From Pseudovirgaria hyperparasitica (lineage: Eukaryota): a DNA stretch of 64,000 nt. The stretch lies in NCBI GenBank assembly GCA_010093815.1, contig ML996583.1. One strand, 5' to 3'. The stretch's first letter is position 1, and each line of letters begins with the position of its first letter. The notes under the pieces are model-generated. The model was not told the DNA's origin and did no database searches. It saw only the letters and a program-made list of their open reading frames with translations. A program made the translations under genes and the position numbers. Shown here in pieces: positions 45,746-58,212 of the stretch.

Positions 45746-47394
45746 ATTGAGAGAATTCGACCTTCTTTGTTACGCATATCGAAGACGAAGATGTGATATC
45801 GTGGAATCGTGAACCCCTCAGCTGCATGTTGTCAGCTACAGGGGTATTACATGCATGATGATGAAAAGGCGGCCAATATCAACGTTGACGTTGTTCTGTA
45901 CTGGAAAACGATCATGAGTACTAGGAAACAGACTGTGTAGTATAGATTGGCAGATTGAATAGAAGTACAATGAAGCGATGACGAGATGCCATACGTCAAG
46001 ATTATCAACCCGTCCGGTGATATGGCAAGCCTTGAACTTCACCTACGTAGAGACTTACCTCGACAAGGCGACCATGGTAACAATGAGAACATCTGCAAGT
46101 GTGGAATGACGAAGCTGAGAATGTAGCTTCCTGACCAAAACACAATTGATCGAATATGAAGTGCCATGCGAGCCGAAGTTATGCTCACCGACAGTAGGTA
46201 GCCATCATGGCGGTGCAGGTGTATACGGCGTCCAGTGACTCTTTTGCTCCTAAATAAGTGATAGCAGAACAAGCATGCCTTCGTGCCGTTTCAGGCTGAC
46301 ATAACCTGTCAACATGTCTTCTATACGGCCTCGGATTCGCTCGAAAGAAGCGCTACAGAAGACCGTGGGAAGATTGCATTGCCACCAAGGGCCGTGTGGA
46401 ATGCTTAAAAAGTGGATATCTGGCGCCGAAACATCAGTATATCACACCGGCTGATTGTGGCGAGGCTCTTGAATTGAAGGATTTCGAGTGTAATATGCAA
46501 AGTCTGCCCTGTCAGCGAACAATCTCGTGCTTGTCATGATGTTGCTGGGATAGGCTTAAGCAATCGTCGATGGCAAATGTCGTCTGCCGTCACAACCGTT
46601 CCCGTGTCCCGATGCAGTATCTTGGATGGATATGGAAAACGTTATACTGTAATGCCTGCGCGATACGTACGACGAACATCCATCCGGAATGCGAAACCAA
46701 GATGCGCTCCAACTGTTCCTGTTCACAAGGAAGAGCCAACACTGAGGCTCAGCTGTTTCCGGATCTGTCCGCGATGACATATGATTCGTCTCTCATGGCC
46801 AGAGATCAAAGAACGGCTGGCGGCAAAGATTTAAGATTCAAGGCAGAATCGATCAAGAGACGAAGTGCACAGCCCCGTCAGGAAGTCGATGATGGGCATG
46901 GATGTGCCTCCGGGAAGCGCATGACCGAACGCGGATCGAGGGCTAAGCTTTACAGATGCAGCGCTAGGCCACGCGACGGCTGGCTGCTTTTCTGGAAGCT
47001 CAACATACATTTCACGCAGTGAATTGCGATTGAGAGATCTCTAGAGTCTAGAGACAAAGTGGACTGTGGTTGTGATAGTTACCATAGACAATGAAGCTGT
47101 GATAATGCGTAGAAAGGGCTTGACTGAATTCCTGGCTTCTAGGAATGCCAAACAAGCTCGGGGTAACTGGAATCTCAAAGCGGCAAGGCGCAGTCAGGAA
47201 ATGCGGAGGAAGCTAGGTAGGGAGCTAGGGCCACATTCACATCCCTGGCCATCTGTCAGAGACGCAGAATGCACTACGTCTATATAACACGCTTACGTTC
47301 CCCTCATCTGTGATCGTCCCCGCAGCAGTCTGTGTGCTTGACTACTCTGTATACCTCACTACATCCACCTCATATACCACCTATCATACACAAC

Positions 47395-48490
47395 ATGAGT
47401 GGAAAGTCACCTGTCACGAACGGCCAGTCGTCGCACGGATCTCACGAACCTATTATCAAGGTCCAACCGCCACGCCGTGAAGACCTGCAACCATCCTATG
47501 CACAGGTTATCAAGCCCGATACTGAGGATGAGGCGCAACATGGTTGGTATGGTGGAATGATAAACAGCCTTGGATCGATCATCGGAACTTGCGGTGCGAT
47601 TCCATGCTGTTTCGTATGCCCCAACCCTTTCAAAACCGTCACCCAGGGTCAAGTTGGTCTGGTAACGAGGTTTGGACGCTTTGCGCGCGCAGTCGACCCA
47701 GGTCTCGTTAAGATCAACCCGTTGTCTGAGCGCCTGATTCAAGTGGATGTCAAGATTCAGATCGTTGGTATGTGTTAGCAGGGAAGCGTATGTCGCCAAC
47801 GACCACTAACAGCCGTCTACAGAGGTCCCCAAGCAAGTCTGCATGACCAAGGACAACGTCTCCCTGCATCTCACCTCTGTCATCTACTACCGCATCACCT
47901 CGCCACACAAGGCTGCCTTTGGCATCTCAAACGTCCGCCAGGCGCTCGTAGAGCGCACACAAACCACCCTACGCCACGTCGTCGGTGCCCGCGTCCTCCA
48001 GGACGTAATCGAGCGTCGCGAAGAAGTCGCACAGTCCATCCGCGAGATCATTGAAGAGATTGCACTGGGCTGGGGCGTCGAGGTCGAGAGCATGCTAGTC
48101 AAGGACATCATCTTCAGCCAAGAGCTCCAAGACTCGCTGTCCATGGCAGCCCAGAGCAAGCGCAGTGGTGAGGCCAAGGTCATTGCCGCGCGCGCCGAAG
48201 TCGAGAGCGCCAAGTTGATGCGTCAGGCCGCCGATATCTTGTCCAGTGCTCCAGCTATGCAGATTCGCTATCTCGAGGCCATGCAGCAGATGGCCAAGTC
48301 ATCTAACAGCAAAATTATATTCATGCCTGCTATGAATCAGTCGGTTCAGGCTGCGATCGCGCAGAATCATGCGAATGGCGAAGCTTCTTCGTCGCAGCAG
48401 TACCAACAGCAGCCTGAGGATGATGGAATGCAGTCTATTCTCAACGCTGCCAACATCGAAGCCATGGGCCGTCGTACCGAGAACATCTAA
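47395..48490 (+). CDS. Stomatin-like band-7/SPFH protein
   Basis: GLVTRFGRFARAVDPGL, V|EVPKQVCMTKDNV, AQSKRSGEAKVIAARAEVESAKLMRQAADIL; intron 47768-47822. Confidence 0.92.
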
Positions 48491-49186
48491 GCATGTCTAT
48501 GGACGGTGGGTCTGTAGCTTTGCCAGACTGTAATGATTTGATGTTGTATTGTAATGAGCTTGATGGTATTTCATGGTGTTTGATAATATCCCGGGCATAG
48601 CAGAAGATGAGGCGGCACTGATACCCTGGACGTTATTTTTCAATTCCAATATTTTGCTTCAATATTTTCTATACGTACTGTGGAATAAACACATCGCAAC
48701 TCCTGGCTGTTTCTCCTATGCTCGACGCGCCAAGTAGTGAAACCCGCTGTGTGCATTTGGCATTACGATGGCCTGGAGAAATATAATCATATACCGCTGG
48801 GAAATTCGCACACTTACCTGTAGTGGTATGTAGCCCCCAAGTGCGCATTGCCACATCACAAAAATATGTAAACATTCGCCCGATTTAGTAAGCGACCATT
48901 GTACAGGCGGCACCAGCAGCCGCAATTCTATTGGTGGAACACCATCTTGATGTCCCAGACTGTATGCCTTAAAACATGATCATTGCCGGCACAGGCTCGT
49001 TCGAGGCTGGATTTATAATCTGAATCGGTGTTCGGCATGACGTACCGCGTATGCTAACCACACACTAGTCTATGGACGTGAGGAGCATGCTACACATATA
49101 AAAGATCACAGTGACTTCGCTAAACAGAACCATTACCAGTCTTTGAGGTGACCCCTGGAGAAATAGGACCTTGAAATTTCATCAGA

Positions 49187-50128
49187 ATGGCACCCAATTA
49201 CGACGCCACATCTCTCTTCTCCGTCAAGGGCCTCGTCGCCGTCATCACGGGCGGTGGATCCGGTTTGGGCGCAAACGTAGCACACGCACTGGACGTAAGA
49301 TCCACGACCATACAGTATACCCCATCACTCACTAAATGACTCTCGCAGGCGAACGGTGCAAAAGCAGTCTATGTTCTCGGCCGTCGTGCCGAAGCTCTCG
49401 AGCGCACCGCCGCAGAAGCCAAAAACGGCAGTATCAAACCCATCGTATGCGATGTGACAGACAAGTCACAGCTCGCCGCGGCCGCCGCGAAAGTGTCCTC
49501 GGAATCCGGATTCATCAACGTGCTGTTTGCAAACTCAGGCGCCATCGGGCCGCCAACGGGCGATTTGCTGTCGCGCGACACGCCGCCTTCTTTGGACGAG
49601 TTTACGAGCAGGCTGTGCGAGGTAGAGATGAGTGACTTTACTCAGACGATGCATGTCAATGTCACGGGCACATTCTTTACAGCGCTGGCGTTTGCGAAGC
49701 TGCTGGACGCAGGCAACAAGGCTGCGAACGTGGTTATGAAGAGCCAAATAATCGTCACATCGAGTATTGCGGCGTATACGCGTGTGCCGGCGGCGGGGTT
49801 CAGTTATTCATACAGCAAGGTTGCGGCGTCGCATATGGTGAAGCAGTTGTCGACGGTGCTTGGGCCGTATAAGATTCGGTGCAATGCGATCGCACCAGGG
49901 TTCTTTCCTAGCGAGATGACGGAAAACATGCCGTGGAACAAGACCGGCAAAGATCCGAGGCAAGAAGGCAACTTGCCGGCAAAAACTTGTCCCCTGGAGA
50001 GGACGGGTACTGAGGAAGATATTGCCGGAACGGCCATGTGGCTGATGAGTCCAGCAGGATCGTACATGAATGGATCTATACAGCTGATTGATGGGGGAAG
50101 AGTAGGAGGTCAGCCAGCGACTTACTAG
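49187..50128 (+). CDS. Short-chain dehydrogenase/reductase (classical)
   Basis: LFSVKGLVAVITGGGSGLG, intron 49295-49348, ANSG, YSYSK, IRCNAIAPGFFPSEMT, IDGG. Confidence 0.92.
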
Positions 50129-52199
50129 ACTTCGAAGCTGGGAGAGTGGAGCGATCATTAATGTATGGCCATTAGAGACTTAGGAGGCGGGAAACGATCT
50201 CTATGATTCGCATTCGTGCGAATCTAGATATCTCTGAACCCCCACTGCACATTGAATATCATTGGTAGCTGTGATACACACAACAAACTTCCCGGCATTG
50301 TGGATACGATAAGATGCGGAGGTTGCGATAGAGATATAGAGTTGGGGCTATATGTTAATGACAAGCTTCGTGGAAATCGCGAGTACCCGCTTGAGAGATG
50401 ATGTGCCCGAAAAAATCAGGACAGTGCGGCCATCATCGTAGAGCTGCCGCCTGTACAAGGAGGGGAGAACAGTAATGATATCGGATCGCTGGGATGATGT
50501 CTATCGTACGTTTGATGCTGATTAGGTCTAGGTCGTGAAGACACTGTTCTGCTACAGTAGTCCCTCTTGATGCTCTGGTATTTGCACAGCAGCAGAATCG
50601 TATGTTCTCACCGGAATAGAGGAGGTACAACAACAGTCGACAGTCGTTCTCACTGGTAATCGAACTGGCATTGTTTGGGACGTGGGGCTTGTGAACGCAA
50701 GATTATGTTTATGTTACGTGAGGTGAGCGAAGAAATGCGTTGCAGATGTCAACGGCTGACACGTGAAAGGCGTCAGCCCACCAGATTGTGGCTGATGCTA
50801 TCGCAAAGATGTTTTTCGCCATCAACGCGTCCGCATGGTAGCGCCATTATTGCGTAACTCCAGCGAGTCTGGGCAGAGCTAAACGAGGGTTCAAAGATGA
50901 TTCGTGCAATTCCCTGCATTGATTCGTGGTCATAGATTTATGAACGGGCATTGCAACGTTCGATCCGCGGGATTTCAGCTCAATCCGTGTTCCAGGCCTC
51001 TTCTTAGGAATCCAATGTGTACGATGTCCGCAACATGTGGGTATGATGCGTGCGTAGCGTTCGCGACGGCGCGTTGCTTTGCGCAAGATAAGGTGACAAG
51101 GCCGGGCCCATGTGTACTACGCTCAATATCCACCACTCCACGCGGGCTGGATAGGAAGCGACTCAATGCATTGAGACTCGCTGCCGAGAGGCGGGCGTGA
51201 ATCAAACATCTGTGTCACGCCACGCCTTTCCAAGATGTTGAACCGTGAAGCTGTCCCGCTGGTCCCAACCAAAGCCATCACTGCGTTGCATGGTTAGAGC
51301 TTCGCGGACAATGATGGCGTGCCGCAGGAAGCACAAGTCAAGGTTTTTGCTGCTTGGGATATGCCCATGGCTGTTGACATTGTAGCGAATAGGATCATAG
51401 CGCAGCCCTGCAAGACACCGATCGACCGGATGCGATGGTTGGAGCTAGACGCATATTAAATTCCCCTTCTGGTCGATTCAGCGGGCGGTGCTGATAATAG
51501 AGCTGTAGGAGCGTTGAGCGTTGTACTCGTCAAGAACTCGCGTATGTAGGGCAATCTGCAAGTCCGACGAAAGCTTGCATGTGAGTGTAGGCAACATCCA
51601 TGATGACAGGCCGCAACTTGCACAGCAGCAGTAGAGGCCAGACGGACGTTGAAGCCATATACAGAGCAACGGTTGGAACCGGAACGGTGTTGTTGAAGTT
51701 CTTATCTTGGGCCATAATCAATCAAACCCTGCGCGGGCGGGCGTTATTCTAAGGTTGTTGGCGTTAGTGGCCAGTGGCCCCTGCACTTTCACATGCTTTT
51801 CCACCTCCCAGCTTTTTTGCAGGTCTAGCAAAATGCAAATGCAGGTGGAAGGAGAGGGCTGGCGGGATGTGCGATGTGGTGTAATATCTGTCCAAGGGCG
51901 ATGACATGGCATATAAGAGTGTTACATCGCCCTGCCCTGCTGCCTGCTGCCTTGTTTGATATCAAATCCAATCGTTCTGTCCTGTTGACTCGTACACACC
52001 GCCGTAACCGTGACGCAGCATTCAAGGACAGGTTTCAATCATAGGTGCGTTCGTCATTGTTTGTCACATGCCAATCGCCTACCACTTTTATTCTAGCGAT
52101 CATCACATTTCACTCAACAGAAATACTCTGCTACGGACAAAATTGTCTCATCCTCCCTTTCACGCATACTAATACCTTATCTTGCTACAGCTTCTTTTC

Positions 52200-52953
52200 A
52201 TGCCCCACGCTGAATCCGATCTCAAAATGAGCAAGACACAGACCCTCGTCAATGGCGACGCGCCACAATCGAAGATCCTCTCCGTAAGTCCTTGTTCATT
52301 TCATGCTCATCTGCTCAAAACGCATGGAAAACATCGTCCGGCGGAGACTTGCTGGTTGTTTCCATAGTATCAGTGTCGACAGCTGATTATGGCTTTGACA
52401 CTGGAACTATCTTTGCGAGCTTGTTCGACACACTGCTGACACTGTGCCACAGCACATCACCTCTTACCCAGTCGTTCATGACTCAATTGACTACTACAAA
52501 TCCAATTCCTACGGTCAGAAGTCTCTGAATATCGCTTCAGATGTCTACGACCGCTTCGCCAAGCCCTTCTTCCCCTACCTTCAAACACCATACAGCTACG
52601 TAAAGCCCTACGCCGAAAAGGCCGACAGCCTAGGTGACGATGGCTTGAGCAAGATTGAATCCTACGTCCCCATCGTGAAGGAGGACACCGAGAAGGTTAA
52701 GACCACCGTTTTGAACTACGCCTTCCTACCTCTTCGCGTCGCTGGCGAGGGCAAAGACTACATCTTTTCCACATTCAATGACGAGTACAAGAAGACCGAT
52801 GGTGAGGGTGTCTTCAAGCTCGCCAAGGCCACTATATCTACTGAGATGAGGGTTGGGCTTGACGCATACCAGCTGTTATACCAGTACCTTACGAAGGCCA
52901 AGGACAGTGCCCAGGCCAAGGGTACTGAGATTAAGGAGAAGACCAATAACTAG
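52200..52953 (+). CDS. Perilipin-like lipid-droplet protein (CAP20/MPL1 family)
   Basis: VNGDAPQSKILS|HITSYPVVHDS (intron 52284-52452), PYSYVKPYAEKADSLGDDGLSKIESYVPIVKEDT. Confidence 0.85.
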
Positions 52954-53463
52954 ATTAGACGACGGGTTATTGTATAGTTGTCTGGTTCGATTGCACCTTA
53001 GCGATGTATCATCTTAACTCTCCCCACGATACTCTCCCCTTTCTGGTCTTCTTTCTGGTATTCTTTCTGGGCAAAGACTGTTCATCACAAACTGCTCACT
53101 GCGAATTGCTTCCGCAGTCAGTATCCTACGACGGTGGTGGAATCTTCGGTATGGCGGTGACGTGCTTGTCTTGACTCGGTGTCATAAATATCGATGGATA
53201 TCTCAGGGACTTATAGACGGTTTATTGGAAATGACACTTTTACGATCTGCACTGAGTCCGTGACTGTGAGGTTACTTGCGAGATTGTCGTTTGTTCATAT
53301 TCCGATACTGCCTTAACGCTATGTAGGACAATGTTGGAAGGGTACGAGTATTTGGTATTGAACCCATCTAGGTTGCTTTTATTGAGACCCCATACCATGG
53401 CATGCAAATAGGAAAGCCATCATCACCACGACCTATGCTCCAAATCCACCCGAAAAGAATCGC

Positions 53464-54108
53464 TTAGAAACCTGAAGCAATTGTTAGCAGGGCTTTTGCC
53501 TGTCCCGGGCACAACCACTTACGCAGAGGAGTGAAGAACCACCTGTTCTTTCCACTCACGTATCGCTCCTCGAGTGTCTTCTTGACAGTCTTCTTGGCCT
53601 CCTCACGTTGGCTGGGCTCCTTGAATGTGTCGTTGCTCACTACGCCCTTCAGTCCTTCCAGCTCGAGAGTGTAACGGGTGGGCATCAGGTGGTTGTAGTT
53701 GACGGTCTTGATGAAGGGCTTGACCTTTGAGCGCTTCGCCTGGGTACCCTTTGACATGCGGCGGGTGATCTTCGACGGGTAGCGTTCAATGCCGGCAACG
53801 AGAGCATGAGGGAAGGGGTGAGATTTTGAGCCGGTGTCGAGAGGCTGAATGATCACAACCTATGCATCCGTGTGTCAGCCTTCGGTCCAATGCGTAGTCT
53901 TTGTGACGTCTCTTCTTCTGCGACCACTGTGCATTCCATTATGGTATTGTAAAATCGAGTTCGTGAAGCGCGAGGGGGTCTTGGTATCGTACCTTCTTGC
54001 CAGCATATCGGCCCCGGGTGATAATGGCGACACGGCCTACCTTGAGGACTGGCGAATAGAGTTAGCATCTTCAATGGACGAGGCTATCGCATTGCACTTA
54101 CACTTCAT
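53464..54108 (-). CDS. RPL27: 60S ribosomal protein eL27
   Basis: [27 protein letters not shown]…[19 protein letters not shown]…[12 protein letters not shown]; introns 54049-54101, 53860-53992, 53472-53522. Confidence 0.97.
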
Positions 54109-54322
54109 CTTGATTGAGATTCCTGCTTTGTTAGTAAAGTGATCGTGGTGCTGTCGGTGCTCGGCTGTCGACAGAGGTTGGAATTCTCTGTGAGTGTGCG
54201 CGAACCGGAAGCGGAAGAACAAGCGAGCCGTCTAGCGGAATTTGCCGTCTCGACGCTAGTCAAAACATCAAAAAAGTTACCGGGCCTGCAGCTTCAAGCC
54301 ATCTCGCCGCACGAATTCAGCC
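54109..54322. promoter_or_regulatory. Short bidirectional promoter region RPL27/SOF1
   Basis: Only 214 bp separate the two divergent start codons. Confidence 0.6.
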
Positions 54323-55716
54323 ATGGTAAGGAAGCGGTACACGTCGTGGATGAGAAGCGCATACTGACTCGGCAGCAGAAAATCAAAGCGCTTTCGCGAT
54401 CCAGCTCATCGCAGCAGCTGCCTGGCACAGGCGTCTCACGAACGCCCCGCAATCTCAACCCAGAGCTGCATCCTTTTGAGAGAGCACGAGAATATACGAG
54501 AGCACTCACAGCGACGAAGCTCGAGCGCATGTTCGCTGCACCGTTCATTGCACAACTCGGCAATGGACATGTGGATGGAGTATACAGCATCGCGAAGGAT
54601 CCCAGTTCGCTCGACCGGTTCGCCAGTGGAAGTGGTGACGGCGTGGTAAAAGTGTGGGATCTCCCGACGCGAAATGAGACGTGGCAAGCGCAAGCGCATG
54701 AGAACATAGTCAAAGGAATATGTTGGACCAGAGACAAGAAGTTGCTGTCTTGTGGAAGCGACAAGACAGTGAAGCTATTCGATCCCTACAACACAGACTC
54801 GAACACAGCTCCTGTGGGGACATACCTTGGACAAGGAGCATTCAATGCTATAACGCACCACCGCCACCAGCCTGCGTTTGCTGCAGCGAGCTCGGTCATC
54901 TCGATCTACGACACTAGTAGACCATCTTCTTCTCCGTCGCAGACATTGGAATGGCCAACCACTGTCGACACCATCCGGACAGTCTCCTTCAACCAAACGG
55001 AAACCTCCATCCTGGCCTCTGCCGGAACCGACCGATCAGTGATCATGTACGATCTCCGAACCAACTCTCCCATTCACAGGACAGTCCTGAACCTAGCGTC
55101 CAACGCAATATCGTGGAATCCCATGGAAGCCTTTAACTTTGCTTGCGCCAACGAGGACCACAACGTCTACATATTCGACATGCGAAACATGAAGCGAGCT
55201 TTGAACGTGCTACGCGATCACGTTGCTGCAGTCATGGATGTGGAGTTTAGCCCGACGGGAGAGGAATTGGTGAGCGCATCGTACGACCGCACGATCAGAC
55301 TGTGGGATCGACGGAAGGGTCACTCGAGGGATATTTATCACACGAAGCGGATGCAGCGTGTGTTCTCTTGTGCCTTTACGCCAGACAGCAACTACGTCCT
55401 CTCTGGATCCGACGACGGGAATGTGCGTCTGTGGAGAGCGCGCGCGTCGTCGCGCCAGGGTGTCAAGTCGTTTAGAGAGAAGCAGAAGCTCGAGTACGAC
55501 GACGCGCTCAAGGCGCGATATGCCCACATGCCGGAGATACGCAGGATAGCGCGGCACAGACATCAACCCAAGACGGTCAAGAAGGCGGGCGAGATCAAGG
55601 CGGAGGAGATTGCTGCGATCAAGCGGCGCGAGGAGAATGAGAGGAAGCATTCGAAGAAAGGGCTGCGGAAGCGACGGGCGGAGAGGGAGAAGATGGTCCT
55701 CGCGGACGAGGATTAG
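54323..55716 (+). CDS. SOF1: U3 snoRNP / SSU processome WD40 protein Sof1 (DCAF13)
   Basis: ATG|intron 54326-54378|KIKALSR; HPFERAREYTRAL, WNPMEAFNF, HSRDIYHTKRMQ, C-terminal Sof1 domain. Confidence 0.96.
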
Positions 55717-56119
55717 GGGTAGCGGTGTTCTCTCTTCTTGCGTCTTGTGTCTCTTGTAGCATAGCATAGCCACGGCGTTCAAAAGGTGGTCAGATGCATT
55801 GTTGGCGCTGGGATATGTAGTTGTTTTTGGTGAAGTTGCACAGACAGGACAATATGTTACCCGGGATGAGATGGATACTCGTAGACTGCAATCAATTCCT
55901 TGCCGCACACCCTCTTAGATGTCACAATGGTAGACGAAGCCCCGTCTTGCGAATAATCTCGTGCAATCCATCCCAGTCCTGAACGCACACGGCCCGTCCC
56001 GCTCTCCGTCGACCTGCACCCAAGACCCAGCTCCAAAAACATCACCTCCCACTCTCCACTCTACACACAACACAACACGTCAAAACCCAACCCACCCACA
56101 CGAACAAACAAAAAAAACC

Positions 56120-57184
56120 ATGACCAACAATCCCCACGACCACCCGGACCCCGACCCCGACCCCAACCTCGAAACAGACATCGACCCCGCCCTCGCCGCC
56201 GCAATGGGCTTCTCCGCATTCGGCTCCCAGCGCGCGCCCAAACGCATGCGCTTCTCCGTCGACGACGGCCCGGGCGCAGACAGGCATGAGAATAGGCACA
56301 GGCATAGGCATAAGCAGACCACCAAGACGGGTGCGAATGCTGTTGCTGTGGGTGTGCGGAGGGGTGGTGGTGGTGGTGGTGGTGATGCTACTGCGTCTGC
56401 GACTGCGACTGCGACTACGACTGCGACTGCAGGCGGAGGGAACGGGGATGGGGATGGGGATGGGAAGGGGATAAGGATTGGAGGTGTTGTCAGCGGTGGT
56501 GCTGGGCGGTGCAATCAGGATGAGATTGATCTGGATCTTGACCTGGATGTGGATGCGCTTGAGGACGCGCCTGAAGATGGTGCTGAGCGAGAGCGAGGCG
56601 AGGACACGCTTCTTCCGCTGCAGGGCACGACGACGAGCACCACCACAACATCAGCGTCGACGCCAACGACTACGACAACCACAGCTGGTACAGCAGCAGC
56701 AGCAGCAGCAACAACAGCAGCAGCAACATCAACAGAAACAGCAACAACAGCACACCCCCCCAAACCCCCACCCCCCAAGAAACGCACCGCAGCACCCGCA
56801 TCCAGCCTCGCCGCCTTTCTCGCCAGGGCACACGCGAGCAAACCCCGTGGTCGGGAACCTACCGCCACCAGCACCACACAAGCCCCAGTTCCAGACGCAG
56901 AATCAACATCACAAACACAACCAAACCTCCCCCAACGCCCACCACCACACCTCTCCCATCCTACACAACTCACGCAACCACTCACGCAACCACACAACCC
57001 CACCCCCACCCCAACCCACAGAGAGCACAACAACAACAACAACAACAACACATCAATACCACCAACCCACCGCCTCTCAGACCTAACCAGCAACCAGCTC
57101 GCCGCGCTACGCAAAGGGGTACGCAACGAGCACGGCGATGTAGAGTATTTCTTGCCTGGGTTTATTGGGGATCCGTGGGGGTGA
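56120..57184 (+). CDS. Low-complexity hypothetical protein
   Basis: Open frame with non-repetitive ends (AAAMGFSAFG…KRMRF and ALRKGVRNEHGDVEYFLPGFIGDPW) around tri- and hexanucleotide expansions that keep the frame. Confidence 0.7.
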   Translation: MTNNPHDHPDPDPDPNLETDIDPALAAAMGFSAFGSQRAPKRMRFSVDDGPGADRHENRHRHRHKQTTKTGANAVAVGVRRGGGGGGGDATASATATATTTATAGGGNGDGDGDGKGIRIGGVVSGGAGRCNQDEIDLDLDLDVDALEDAPEDGAERERGEDTLLPLQGTTTSTTTTSASTPTTTTTTAGTAAAAAATTAAATSTETATTAHPPKPPPPKKRTAAPASSLAAFLARAHASKPRGREPTATSTTQAPVPDAESTSQTQPNLPQRPPPHLSHPTQLTQPLTQPHNPTPTPTHREHNNNNNNNTSIPPTHRLSDLTSNQLAALRKGVRNEHGDVEYFLPGFIGDPWG

Positions 57185-57242
57185 TTAGCTTTGTGGGTTT
57201 AGGGATTTAGGGCTTTGTGGGATTGTGGGATTATAACAGATT

Positions 57243-57326
57243 ATGGATGATGGATGGTGGATGATGGATGATGGATGGTGGATGATGGATGATGGATGGT
57301 GGATGATGGATGGTGGATGGTGGATG
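57243..57326 (+). repeat. 21-bp GATG-rich minisatellite (ATGGATGATGGATGGTGGATG)x4
   Basis: Directly visible tandem units, last one imperfect. Confidence 0.9.
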
Positions 57327-57641
57327 ACGGGGTCGAGGAGAGGGAGAGAGGGACTGGGGACTTTGGGGAGAGGGGAGGGAGTGGAATGGGGAATGGGGTT
57401 GAGAAAGGGGTTGAAGTTTAGTGGGAGGAGGAGACAGTGTATGGTGGTGTCTAAAAGTATGATTAATGTAGGCAGACCGGGGGGGTTGGTGGTTGTATAT
57501 GTGTTATACTGTATTATATTACTGTATTGTATGTATGCTGTATATGATGTATATGATGTATATGATGTATATGATGTGATGATGTATTACATCTATAAGT
57601 ATTATATACACCCCCTCCTCCCCAGCCATTCATCCCTAGCA

Positions 57642-57840
57642 ATCCATCCATCCATCCATCCATCCATCCATCCATCCATCCATCCATCCATCCATCCATC
57701 CATCCATCCATCCATCCATCCATCCATCCATCCATCNNNNNNNNNNATCCATCCATCCATCCATCCATCCATCCATCCATCCATCCATCCATCCATCCAT
57801 CCATCCATCCATCCATCCATCCATCCATCCATCCATCCAT
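57642..57840 (+). repeat. (ATCC)n microsatellite spanning a 10-N assembly gap (57737-57746)
   Basis: Perfect ATCC units on both sides of the Ns; true length unknown. Confidence 0.97.
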
Positions 57841-58212
57841 CATCATCATCAATCATCTCTTCCCAAAAGCATACTTTTCCCAAAAAGGCACATCTTCCGG
57901 GAAGAAAGAGACACGAAGAAAGTAGCCGAAGAAAAAAAAAAACACTTCGCCATTTGCCCAGCAATCACACACACTACACACTATGCACTGATGCCACGCA
58001 TGACGACAGCAACCTATGCATGCTCACATACAATCGCAAGCTAAATACCTAAATTCCCATACTCAACACAGCTCATGCTCCCCCCTTTCCTCCATCCCCA
58101 TTTCCCCCATCCCATTTCCTCCATCCCCCTCAATCCCCTTTCCTCCATCCCCAATCCCTTTCCCCCCAACCCTCAATCCCCCATCCCAAACCCCAGATCC
58201 CCCTCCCCCCCC

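Noticed and set aside
42300..47300. Many short ORFs in the long intergenic interval
   Set aside because: No domain motifs or coherent exon chains apart from 45248-45745.
54139..54322. N-terminal extension of the 525-aa Sof1 ORF
   Set aside because: Read-through of promoter and intron; the real start is ATG 54323 followed by an intron.
57243..58052. ORFs reading MDGWMDGW / HPSIHPSI
   Set aside because: Translations of microsatellites across an N gap, not credible proteins.
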